Part shown: positions 9,060 through 17,442 of the stretch, piece after piece | How the letters are laid out: the number at the start of each line of letters is the position of its first letter | Numbering within the stretch: position 1 is the first letter of the stretch | Assembly: GCA_027031935.1 (NCBI GenBank) | Contig: JALVPF010000093.1 | Coordinates: forward strand, 1 to 47,631 | Direction: 5' to 3' | Source: Myxococcales bacterium | GTDB taxonomy: Bacteria; Myxococcota; B64-G9 | Length of the DNA: 47,631 nt | The notes under the pieces: generated by a model | The model's database searches: none | The model's input: only the letters and a program-made list of their open reading frames with translations | Told to the model about the DNA's origin: nothing | Translations under genes and position numbers: made by a program

Positions 9060-9088
9060 TTTACGCTTGATCGCAGAGGTCGTATAGT
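9060..9088 (+). promoter_or_regulatory. Candidate sigma70-type promoter upstream of hsp20 (TTTACG-17 nt-TATAGT)
   Basis: This is a motif match only: -35 TTTACG at 9060..9065, a 17-nt spacer, and -10 TATAGT at 9083..9088, about 23 nt upstream of the hsp20 ATG. No heat-shock operator (CIRCE) was seen. Confidence 0.25.
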
Positions 9089-9111
9089 TTGACGCGGCCT
9101 GAAAGGAACCA

Positions 9112-9552
9112 ATGGGTATTACAGAAGAATCCATAGAAAGGCTGCTATCCCTTCGCAGAGAACTGGACAGGATTTTCAGAGATTTTTTTGATCCGAGCCG
9201 TCCCGAAGCAATGGAGGACGGACAGGTGGATCTTACCACCGACATCTTCGAGACCGTTGAAGAAATAGTGTTGGAAATAGAGCTCCCGGGAATACAGAAG
9301 CAGGATCTGAAGCTAAGCGTGCTCAGGGATGTGATCATAGTCGAAGGAAAAAAGCCCAGGCCATTGCAAGCAAAAGGAATTCACCACATCTGCATGGAAC
9401 GTACATCAGGACACTTCAGGAGGATCATCGAGTTGCCTGGCGCTGGTGACACGAGCAACATCAGTGCTGAACTCAAAAATGGCCTGCTTGTAATCAGAAT
9501 GCCAAAAATCGAGGATCGAAGGGGACGACACAGGACCATACCAATCTCCTGA
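9112..9552 (+). CDS. Small heat-shock protein, Hsp20/alpha-crystallin family
   Basis: 146 aa with an alpha-crystallin domain: DIFETVEEIVLEIELPGIQKQDLKLSV...VIIVEGKK...ERTSGHFRRIIELPGAGDTSNISAELKNGLLVIRMPK. Confidence 0.9.
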   Translation: MGITEESIERLLSLRRELDRIFRDFFDPSRPEAMEDGQVDLTTDIFETVEEIVLEIELPGIQKQDLKLSVLRDVIIVEGKKPRPLQAKGIHHICMERTSGHFRRIIELPGAGDTSNISAELKNGLLVIRMPKIEDRRGRHRTIPIS

Positions 9553-9579
9553 GACTCAAAGCCGGGTGGGGTGACAAAC

Positions 9580-12012
9580 ATGAACGAGAATACCACCGAC
9601 GAGCAGTTGCAAATCCCTGAAGAACTCCCAGTTCTCCCCATCAGGGATCTGGTGATTTTTCCGGACATGATCGCCCCACTCGTAGCAAGTCGCTCAACAT
9701 CACAGTCAGCGGTTGAAGCGGCGCTGGATGACTCCAGGATGGTGATGCTGGTCACCCAGAGAAACACAGAGACAGCCGAACCCGGACCAGAGGATGTTTT
9801 CCAGGTCGGTACTGTAGGCATTGTCGTGCGAGTAAAGAAAGAAGAAGACGGTCGTCTCAAGCTGATGGTTCAAGGACTCAGAAAAGCCAGGGTGGGTTCT
9901 TTCACACAGGATCATCCACACATGGTCGCCAACATCAAGCCGATCCTGGACCTGCCCTTGGACGAAATATCCACAGAAACACAGGCCCTGATGCGTTCGG
10001 CCCTGGAACAAGTTCTAAGCTACAGCCGCATACAGGGCACTCCTGCGGCCGGGGTTATTGCAACCATGGAAAACACCTCGGACCCGGGACGCCTGGCAGA
10101 CCTTATCGTCTCCCATCTTCCCCTGGCTCCTTCCGATGCTCAAAAGGTCCTGGAAACGCCGGACCCCATCCGAAGGCTCAGGGCTGTGGTCGAACACCAG
10201 GCCAAAGAACTGGAGTTGCTGAGCGCAAAAGAACACATAGAAAGACAGGTACGGGAGGGTCTGGACAAATCTCAACGCGAATATTATCTGCGTCAACAAC
10301 TCAAGGAAATCCGAAGTGAGTTGGGTGACGAAGCAGAGGATGACATAGAGGAACTGGAGCAGCGCCTGGCCGCTAGCGCCATGGACGAGCAGGCACGCAA
10401 GGAAGCCAACAAGCAGATCAAGCGGCTTGCAAAAATGCATGCCGAGAGTTCAGAAGCATCCACTCTCAGGACTTATCTAGAACAGCTTCTGGACATGCCA
10501 TGGGGCAAGAAGAGTGAAGATCAGCTGGATCTCGCCAGGGCACAGAAAATTCTGGACGAAGATCATCTTGGGATGGATGAGGTCAAGGACAGGCTCTTGG
10601 AACACCTGGCCGTCCGAAAACTCAACCCGTCTAGTCCCGCACCCATAATGTGTCTCATAGGGCCTCCCGGTGTTGGAAAGACATCCCTGGGCAAGAGCAT
10701 AGCTCGTGCCCTTGGCCGAAAGTTCGTGCGAGTGTCGCTTGGCGGAGTGCGCGACGAGGCAGAAATACGAGGTCACCGCAGGACCTACGTTGGAGCCATG
10801 CCCGGCAGGATAATACAAGCCATAACCCAGGCAGGCACCATGAACCCTCTCATCGCGCTGGACGAGATAGACAAGGTCGGGCGCGATCTTCGGGGAGATC
10901 CCACAGCAGCATTATTGGAAGTGCTGGATCCCGAACAAAACAATGCTTTCGTAGATCATTATCTAAACGTACCCTTTGATTTGAGTTCTGTTCTATTTTT
11001 TGCCACCGGCAACCGTACAGACACCATTCCCCCAGCGCTCCTGGACAGAATGGAACTGATACCTGTTTCAGGATACGATCTGGAACAAAAGGCGTCCATC
11101 GCTGCGCACTATTTGCTCCCACGGCAGATCTCCAAGTGTGGTCTCAAGCCTGAACAATTGGAAATGGACGAGATAGTCCTGCAGCAACTTGTGGAAAACT
11201 ACACTAGGGAGTCGGGAGTAAGACAATTGGAACAAACCATAGGCAGACTGGCTCGAAAGATCGCCAGGCAGGTTGCACAAAAGGGAGAAGTTTCTGACAA
11301 GCTTACTTCTCAACGCATAAGAAGAATGCTGGGGCCACCCATCTTTCACTCGCTACCGGCCCTGGAAACTGACTCGGTCGGCATAGCAAACGGTCTGGCC
11401 TGGACACCAGCAGGGGGTGAGGTTCTTCAACTGGAAGCCACATCCATGCGCGGAAGAGGGCGCCTGATCCTGACGGGTCAACTGGGTGACGTCATGCAGG
11501 AATCAGCCCAGACAGCTTTGAGCTACACAAAATCTCTGGATGCACGCAAGTCAGAGGACAGTGGCCCCTTTGCCGGCCAGGACATACACATCCATATTCC
11601 GGCAGGAGCCATACCAAAAGATGGACCATCGGCAGGTGTGGCCATGGCAGTTGTACTCGTATCACTTCTTACTCGTATACCTGTCAGGAGCGACCTGGCC
11701 ATGACAGGAGAGATCTCCCTCAGAGGACGTTTGTTGCCTGTGGGCGGTCTAAGGGAGAAGATTCTTGCCGCTCTACGTGCGGGTCTAAACCAGGTGATAG
11801 TTCCTGCGCGTAATGCTGATCAGGTACAGGAATTACCCAAGGATCTGAAAAACAGGATAGAGGTCCTTCTTGCGGAATCTGTGGAGCAAGCTCTCGATTG
11901 GGCCCTTGTGTCCAGCCCCTTCGCTCCTGACCACCGTGGATGGACCAGAAGCGAAAATAACGAACAAGGCATAACTGAAAACCCGGGTACATTATTAGGG
12001 GGAGGAGCCTGA
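9580..12012 (+). CDS. lon: ATP-dependent Lon protease (LonA type)
   Basis: LON N-domain ([19 protein letters not shown]), AAA+ Walker [16 protein letters not shown], Walker [10 protein letters not shown], and protease catalytic [13 protein letters not shown]. The ATG at 9580 is preferred over the track's GTG at 9571 on the spacing from GGTGGGG; either start is possible. Confidence 0.95.
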   Translation: MNENTTDEQLQIPEELPVLPIRDLVIFPDMIAPLVASRSTSQSAVEAALDDSRMVMLVTQRNTETAEPGPEDVFQVGTVGIVVRVKKEEDGRLKLMVQGLRKARVGSFTQDHPHMVANIKPILDLPLDEISTETQALMRSALEQVLSYSRIQGTPAAGVIATMENTSDPGRLADLIVSHLPLAPSDAQKVLETPDPIRRLRAVVEHQAKELELLSAKEHIERQVREGLDKSQREYYLRQQLKEIRSELGDEAEDDIEELEQRLAASAMDEQARKEANKQIKRLAKMHAESSEASTLRTYLEQLLDMPWGKKSEDQLDLARAQKILDEDHLGMDEVKDRLLEHLAVRKLNPSSPAPIMCLIGPPGVGKTSLGKSIARALGRKFVRVSLGGVRDEAEIRGHRRTYVGAMPGRIIQAITQAGTMNPLIALDEIDKVGRDLRGDPTAALLEVLDPEQNNAFVDHYLNVPFDLSSVLFFATGNRTDTIPPALLDRMELIPVSGYDLEQKASIAAHYLLPRQISKCGLKPEQLEMDEIVLQQLVENYTRESGVRQLEQTIGRLARKIARQVAQKGEVSDKLTSQRIRRMLGPPIFHSLPALETDSVGIANGLAWTPAGGEVLQLEATSMRGRGRLILTGQLGDVMQESAQTALSYTKSLDARKSEDSGPFAGQDIHIHIPAGAIPKDGPSAGVAMAVVLVSLLTRIPVRSDLAMTGEISLRGRLLPVGGLREKILAALRAGLNQVIVPARNADQVQELPKDLKNRIEVLLAESVEQALDWALVSSPFAPDHRGWTRSENNEQGITENPGTLLGGGA

Positions 12013-12018
12013 AGAAAT

Positions 12019-12717
12019 ATGGTTCAGATCAACATGCAACAGCGTGAGTTGACGCTGAAGATCGTCTTTTACGGGCCTGCGTTGTCCGGCAAGACCACAA
12101 ACTTGCAGGCAATACATCGCCTGATGTCTGAAGATGCCAGGGGACGATTGATGGTCTTGGACACATCAGACGATCGAACCCTTTTCTTCGATCTGATGCC
12201 GGTCTTTTTCAAAAGTGAATCCGGTTTTACGGTAAAAGTTAAACTCTTTACCGTACCTGGTCAGGTCATGCACGACTCCACCAGGAGAATCGTACTTCAG
12301 GGTGCAGATGGAATTGCGTTCATAGCCGATTCGCAAATAGAAATGACAAGCGCAAACAATGACTCGTGGCGCAACATGATGAACAATCTCAAAATAAACG
12401 GAATCGACCCTGCTTCAATACCAATTGTCATACAATTCAACAAAAGAGACTTGCCGGGAACAAGGCCTGACAACGAAATCGACGAGGTTGCAAGAAAAGG
12501 CAAGGAACCAATTTTCAAGGCGTCTGCTATTTCTGGAAAGGGTGTCATGGAGACTTTCGAGGGCATTTTACGCCTGACCTGGAGAACTATGGATGACCTT
12601 TATGATCTGGAGGAAAAGCTACAGGTCAAGGAAGAAGAGTTCATCAACAACCTCCTGAGAAAAAACACTGCTCGCCCCATTTCTAATCCCAGATTGGACA
12701 CGGAGGGTCGCAGATGA
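12019..12717 (+). CDS. MglA-family Ras-like small GTPase
   Basis: 232 aa. LKIVFYGPALSGKTTNLQ (P-loop), DRTLFFD (switch I Arg/Thr), FTVPGQV (switch II Gln) and QFNKRDL (NKxD) are nearly colinear with M. xanthus MglA as I remember it. There is an extra ~35-aa C-terminal tail. The gene starts 6 nt after the lon stop. Confidence 0.85.
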   Translation: MVQINMQQRELTLKIVFYGPALSGKTTNLQAIHRLMSEDARGRLMVLDTSDDRTLFFDLMPVFFKSESGFTVKVKLFTVPGQVMHDSTRRIVLQGADGIAFIADSQIEMTSANNDSWRNMMNNLKINGIDPASIPIVIQFNKRDLPGTRPDNEIDEVARKGKEPIFKASAISGKGVMETFEGILRLTWRTMDDLYDLEEKLQVKEEEFINNLLRKNTARPISNPRLDTEGRR

Positions 12718-14129
12718 CAGGACTGGACCCACTGGCCAGCAATGGTTCATCCGTTTTGCAACGGAGATTCTCCCTTGGTGAACTTGTTGACGCATCTTCC
12801 TTTCGTGAGGTCTGCTCAAGTTATGCCGAGTTATTCCGTATAAGCTTCAAGGTATTCGATTCCGACGGTCAATTGTTGGTGGACGCAAAAGGTAACAGGG
12901 GCGATCTGTGCGCGTACGTACGACAACTTCCAAAGGGTAGAAGCAGCTGCACCAAGGAAGTCACCACCATCAGAGAAAAGGCCATGGCAGCAGACAAGCT
13001 GTCGTACTTCGATTGCTTTACCGGTCTCAGGTACATTATTGCACCCATAAAGCATGAAGGCGACGCCCTGGGATCGGTTGTTTATGGACCATACCGACCT
13101 CAGGGCGTAAAAATGCCGGATTTGGCAAAATTGGACGCAAAGGTAAATCCTGAGACGATCAAACGACTGCAGGCAAGAACTCCCGCTGCCGCCGAAGAGG
13201 TTGCCAAAAGAGTTGTGGACCACCTCGTTCAGGTAATCGAAGTGATTCTTTACACCGGTTACAAGCAAATACTTACTTCCAGACTTCACTTCGAGGCTGT
13301 GACCTCCAGTTACGAAGAGCTGCAAAGAAAGAACAAGCAGCTAAGGGATTCCTTCGAACGCCTAAAGGAGTTGGACAAGCTGAAAAGCAGTTTTCTTGCG
13401 ACCGTTTCTCATGAACTGCGAACTCCATTGACGTCGGTAATCGGTTACAGTGAAATGCTCATGGAGGGTCTGGCGGGCAAGCTGAACGAAGAACAGATGG
13501 AATACGTAAAAACCATAATGGAGAAAGGCGAAAACCTACTCTCCCTCATCGCCAGCATACTGGATTTCTCAAAAGTGGAGTCTGGCAACCTGCGTCTTGC
13601 AAGGAAGCTGACAGATGTAAAATCAGTAGTAAATGAAGCCATGTCCACCGTAATACCCATTGCCCAGAAGGGACAAATAAATTTGATTTCTGAGGTATCT
13701 TCCGACCTGCCGCAGATCAATATGGATGGAGAGAAAATCAGGCAAGCCATTATAAATATCCTTGGCAATGCCGTGAAATTCAATAAACCCGGAGGCCAGG
13801 TCAAGCTGAAGGCGAACACCATCAAGGTTCCCAAAAAAATTCAAAAGGACGATTTGATACCGGCAGCCTTCGCTCCTCCGGATGAATCCTTCCTGCAGAT
13901 TTGTATCACCGACACGGGCATAGGAATTCCAGAGGATAAGCTCTCGAAGGTGTTCGACTCCTTTTACCAGGTAGACGGATCATCGACGAGGGAATATGGG
14001 GGAACAGGGCTGGGACTTGCTATTTCGAACAGCTACATAACTGCACACGGTGGACACATAGAGCTGGAAAGCGAGCGAGGCAAGGGCTCTTCCTTTACCA
14101 TCTATATTCCCATGGAGACCGTTCCATGA
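12714..14129 (+). CDS. Soluble sensor histidine kinase with an N-terminal PocR-like sensory domain
   Basis: No TM segment is present. The PocR-like block is CAYVRQLPKGRSSCTKEV...YFDCFTGLRYIIAPIKHEGDALGSVVYGPY. HisKA is SFLATVSHELRTPLTSVIGYSEML; HATPase_c is NAVKFNKPGG...DTGIGIP...GGTGLGLAIS. ATGA overlap with the GTPase gene. Confidence 0.9.
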   Translation: MTGLDPLASNGSSVLQRRFSLGELVDASSFREVCSSYAELFRISFKVFDSDGQLLVDAKGNRGDLCAYVRQLPKGRSSCTKEVTTIREKAMAADKLSYFDCFTGLRYIIAPIKHEGDALGSVVYGPYRPQGVKMPDLAKLDAKVNPETIKRLQARTPAAAEEVAKRVVDHLVQVIEVILYTGYKQILTSRLHFEAVTSSYEELQRKNKQLRDSFERLKELDKLKSSFLATVSHELRTPLTSVIGYSEMLMEGLAGKLNEEQMEYVKTIMEKGENLLSLIASILDFSKVESGNLRLARKLTDVKSVVNEAMSTVIPIAQKGQINLISEVSSDLPQINMDGEKIRQAIINILGNAVKFNKPGGQVKLKANTIKVPKKIQKDDLIPAAFAPPDESFLQICITDTGIGIPEDKLSKVFDSFYQVDGSSTREYGGTGLGLAISNSYITAHGGHIELESERGKGSSFTIYIPMETVP

Positions 14130-14509
14130 CTGATGACAAAAAAAAAGCACATATACTGATCGTAGACGACGATCATGATATTCTCACCCTGGAACGAAAA
14201 ATCCTGGAGCGAGAAGGGTTTGTCGTATCCGCCGCCAATGATGGAAAAGAGGCTGTGGAAAAAATCGAGACAAGTGATTTCGATCTCATTCTTCTCGATA
14301 TCATGATGCCAGGAATCGACGGTTTCGAGGTCAGCCGAGTCATTCAGCGGAAACCAGGCGAGAGAAACACCCCGGTGGTCTTTGTAACTGCTCGGGATGA
14401 TTCTGAATCCATGCGGGAAGGATTTCGCTCCGGTGGAACAGTTTTCTTGTCTAAACCGTTTACGTCGAATCAGTTATTGCGACTTGTCAAAGCGATGATC
14501 GTACAATGA
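14126..14509 (+). CDS. Stand-alone response-regulator receiver protein (CheY-like)
   Basis: 127 aa: ILIVDDDHDIL...FDLILLDIMMPGIDGFEV...VVFVTARDD...FLSKPF. ATGA overlap with the kinase gene. Confidence 0.9.
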   Translation: MTDDKKKAHILIVDDDHDILTLERKILEREGFVVSAANDGKEAVEKIETSDFDLILLDIMMPGIDGFEVSRVIQRKPGERNTPVVFVTARDDSESMREGFRSGGTVFLSKPFTSNQLLRLVKAMIVQ

Positions 14510-14546
14510 CAAAACGCATTTGGTGGCTACATAAGAAAGATCTTCA

Positions 14547-15821
14547 ATGAGGCTTTTGAGCAAAATACTCCTTTCGCACCTGTTGGTTGTAGCCCTTCCA
14601 ATAACTGCCGCCTTTGCCATTCCCTCTGATATGAACCCGTCATGGATTCGCCCAGTGACGGCGCTGGGCCTCACTGCCATCGCTCTTGTGGGTGCGTCTA
14701 TCTGGGGAATAAAACTGAACAAGCGACTTCAGTCATTGGCCGATCTTGCCGAAAAGGTCAGTGGAGGAGATCTTTCCTCTGGGGTAGATCTGAGCCGACA
14801 CAAAGGCCCTGTAGATGAAATCAGTGAACTCGGTGCCTACATTGAACAAATGCGCAAGGACCTGGTACAAACTCTTCGAATGTTGCAACAGACTTCCAAA
14901 AGATCCAACGAAGCATCAGGCTCCCTGACCCAGTTGGCAAAAAAGATAAATATTTCTGCTGGCGAGATCTCCTCTTCCATGGACAAGATCACCAAAGGAG
15001 CTGAACTGCAAAGCGACCTCGTTGAGCAAACCTCGGCCTTGATTCAGGAAGTGGCACGATCCATACAGCGCACCGCCCGTTCAGCCGAAGACGCAGCAAG
15101 GTCTTCTGCCGAAGCAAGCACGGTAGCCCAGTCCGGAAGCAAGATGGCGAGCCAGGCTGCGGACAAACTCAGAGGTGTTTTCGAACAAATCGAACGTACA
15201 GCAGAGCGGGTGTTCCAATTCAGCCAAAGGACAAAGGAAATCGGCGCAACGGTGCGTGTCATAACCGAGGTTGCACAGCAAACGCATCTGCTGGCTATCA
15301 ACGCGACCATAGAAGCAGCACGTGCCGGGGATGCAGGTCGAGGCTTTGCAGTGGTGGCCGAAGAGATTCGACAACTTGCAGAAAACACATCCCGCTCTAC
15401 TGACAAGATTTCAAAGATTGTCGATGAAGTGGGTGTCACTTCATACGAAACTGTCCAGGAGGTCTGGGCCAGCACAAAGCAACTCAGCGAAGGCAGAGAG
15501 CAGTTGGAATCCATCGTTGACGCGCTGAAGAACATTGCGGCCACTGTGACATCGGGTTCAGATAGGGTGCAAATAATCAGTAAACTCGCCAAGGAACAGA
15601 TCGCCGGCGCAGAACAATCTGTTACAGCTATCGAAAATATCTCCCTGGTCGCTCAAGAAAACGCTTCATCCACCTCGCTGGTCAGAAGCACATCCACGGC
15701 TCAAAGTGAGTCGATCTTACAGGTGACCAGGCTTGCTACCGAACTCGTTGAAATATCCAAGACCATGGACGAAGAAGTCGGTAGATTCCGTTTACAGGAA
15801 GACGACAGTGACACAGGATAA
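14547..15821 (+). CDS. Methyl-accepting chemotaxis protein (two N-terminal TM helices with a minimal loop, HAMP, MA signalling domain)
   Basis: The highly conserved MCP hairpin tip VAQQTHLLAINATIEAARAGDAGRGFAVVAEEIRQLAENT is present, with HAMP-like LADLAEKVSGGDLSSGVD. There is no sizeable periplasmic sensor domain. Confidence 0.9.
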   Translation: MRLLSKILLSHLLVVALPITAAFAIPSDMNPSWIRPVTALGLTAIALVGASIWGIKLNKRLQSLADLAEKVSGGDLSSGVDLSRHKGPVDEISELGAYIEQMRKDLVQTLRMLQQTSKRSNEASGSLTQLAKKINISAGEISSSMDKITKGAELQSDLVEQTSALIQEVARSIQRTARSAEDAARSSAEASTVAQSGSKMASQAADKLRGVFEQIERTAERVFQFSQRTKEIGATVRVITEVAQQTHLLAINATIEAARAGDAGRGFAVVAEEIRQLAENTSRSTDKISKIVDEVGVTSYETVQEVWASTKQLSEGREQLESIVDALKNIAATVTSGSDRVQIISKLAKEQIAGAEQSVTAIENISLVAQENASSTSLVRSTSTAQSESILQVTRLATELVEISKTMDEEVGRFRLQEDDSDTG

Positions 15822-16272
15822 TCATAACCTGAGCACAAGCGACAAAGACAAGGTGCTGGAACAGACCCTGGTATTCAAAGCAGGTCAGGAGTTGTTTGGA
15901 ATCTCACTAGCCAGTGTGCTCGAGGTCTTTCAGCCCTCTTCGTCCATAAGACCGGTTCCTGGTGCTCCACGCTGGCTTGCAGGAATGCTCCACCACCAGG
16001 GCGAAGTCCTGCCTGTTGTTCGTGCTGATGCCCTTCTTGGAGCAGAGGCAGAACAACAAGCTAACATTCAATTGATTCTGATGGATCTCAACATTCAAAA
16101 AATTCTTCTTCAGGTTGACGAGATCGTGGCTTTGGAGAGTATACAATCAGGAGGCCCCGCAAGGTCCGATGGCCAACGCCGTGCATGGCTCAAAGGCAGG
16201 CTTCTCACCGTTTTGGATATCGACAATGTAAACCGTTTAATCAAAAGCAGATTAAAAACAACAATCAACTGA
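15808..16272 (+). CDS. cheW: CheW-like coupling protein
   Basis: LVFKAGQELFGISLASVLEVFQP...VPGAPRWLAGMLHHQGEVLPVVRADALLG is a CheW domain. The track ORF begins at 15733, inside the MCP gene. I prefer the in-frame GTG at 15808, which is preceded by AGGAAG at 15795..15800, but the start is uncertain. Confidence 0.75.
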   Translation: MTQDNHNLSTSDKDKVLEQTLVFKAGQELFGISLASVLEVFQPSSSIRPVPGAPRWLAGMLHHQGEVLPVVRADALLGAEAEQQANIQLILMDLNIQKILLQVDEIVALESIQSGGPARSDGQRRAWLKGRLLTVLDIDNVNRLIKSRLKTTIN

Positions 16273-16336
16273 AATCTTTTACACACTGGTTCTTGAATAC
16301 AAGCCCACTGTATGATTTCATGTTGCCACTCAAAAG

Positions 16337-17374
16337 ATGTTTATCCAAGAGCGAATGGAAAAGAAGATGAAGGAACATGCTCAAAATCCGCAGAAAATCG
16401 CTCGACATCTTTGGAGCGAGTTGATTCGCATTTCAAGGAGAGCAAAAATTCGAATGGAAAATCTATCCATGGACGAGATCAAGGCAAACTGCCTGTCATC
16501 CATCTCAGAGCTTGCTGGTGGTGGAGTTGGTTTGCTGCTGGAACAGGAAGAATCGGGGCTATTCAAGACAGGAATGGCTTCTGATGCATTGCCTTTCGAT
16601 GGAAAAGAACTGAGCATTGATCCTGCGCTGGTAGATCCGACGGGGACACTCCCTGCCGAGGTCAAGGCTGAGATGCTGGCAAAATCGACAAAAGATCTCA
16701 TAGAAAGCATGGCAGCAGACCTTACTGTTTTTGCCGAATGCATACTGGATTCAGATAAAATACTCGCCATACTGGTTTTTGTTGCAACCGACACCGAAGG
16801 AGTCTCTCACGCAACCGAGGAAAAACTCCGGCAATTGACCACCTCCATTGGCTTGGTGATGATCGCCGCTGAAGAAATGAACGACTCCCTTCAAAACTCC
16901 AACATCGATCCACTGACTGGCTTTTTCAACCGAAGGTATCTCGAGCCTGGTCTTCGGACCGAACTAGCACGAGCGTCTCGCTACGGACATACCCTGAGTC
17001 TAGTGTGTTTTCAGCCGGACCATTTGGAAAACGCTGATGAGTTCACTCGCGAAATTTCAAAGCTTCTTAGATCCAACGCCGATCCCATGAGCGTTCTTTT
17101 CTCTTTCAGAACTTCTGATATTCCCTTGAGAACAGGCAAAAACCAGTTCATGGTGATGCTGCCAGAGACTCCAAAATGGGGAGCATTGACAAAGGCAGAC
17201 AGGTTCAGAAAAGCCGTCAGGGAATTGCCCCTTGGAGGCAAGCATCAGACTGTGTCTGTAGGTGTAGCGACATTTCCAGAAGATGCTTCAGACCACACTG
17301 CATTGGTAAACGCAGCACAGTACGCCATGGACCAGGCTGCAAAGAACGGCGGTGACAAGGTCATACAAGCCTGA
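16337..17374 (+). CDS. Degenerate GGDEF-domain protein (GKNQF in place of GGDEF, RxxD I-site retained) with an N-terminal GAF-like region
   Basis: The GGDEF-domain scaffold is DPLTGFFNRRYLE...SLVCFQPDH...FRTSDIPLRTGKNQFMVMLPET...VSVGVATFPEDA...NAAQYAMDQAAKNGGDKV. Which of the N-terminal Met codons (16337, 16355, 16367) is used is uncertain. Confidence 0.8.
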   Translation: MFIQERMEKKMKEHAQNPQKIARHLWSELIRISRRAKIRMENLSMDEIKANCLSSISELAGGGVGLLLEQEESGLFKTGMASDALPFDGKELSIDPALVDPTGTLPAEVKAEMLAKSTKDLIESMAADLTVFAECILDSDKILAILVFVATDTEGVSHATEEKLRQLTTSIGLVMIAAEEMNDSLQNSNIDPLTGFFNRRYLEPGLRTELARASRYGHTLSLVCFQPDHLENADEFTREISKLLRSNADPMSVLFSFRTSDIPLRTGKNQFMVMLPETPKWGALTKADRFRKAVRELPLGGKHQTVSVGVATFPEDASDHTALVNAAQYAMDQAAKNGGDKVIQA

Positions 17375-17392
17375 CCATTAAAAAACAAAAAA

Positions 17393-17425
17393 GGCCGGTG
17401 CCCGGGCTGGGCATCGGCCTTTTTC
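17393..17425. terminator. Bidirectional rho-independent terminator between convergent genes
   Basis: GGCCGGTGCC-cgggctg-GGCATCGGCC forms a 10-bp stem with one mismatch. It is flanked by an A-run upstream (aaaaaacaaaaaa) and TTTTT downstream, so both strands read stem plus U-tract. Confidence 0.8.
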
Positions 17426-17442
17426 ATTTATGCCTCTTGCTT

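Noticed and set aside
8969-9111. Heat-shock operator (CIRCE/HAIR) or sigma54 promoter upstream of hsp20-lon
   Set aside because: No TTAGCACTC-N9-GAGTGCTAA-like inverted repeat and no TGGCAC-N5-TTGC element is present. Only a weak sigma70-like match is present, which is reported at low confidence.
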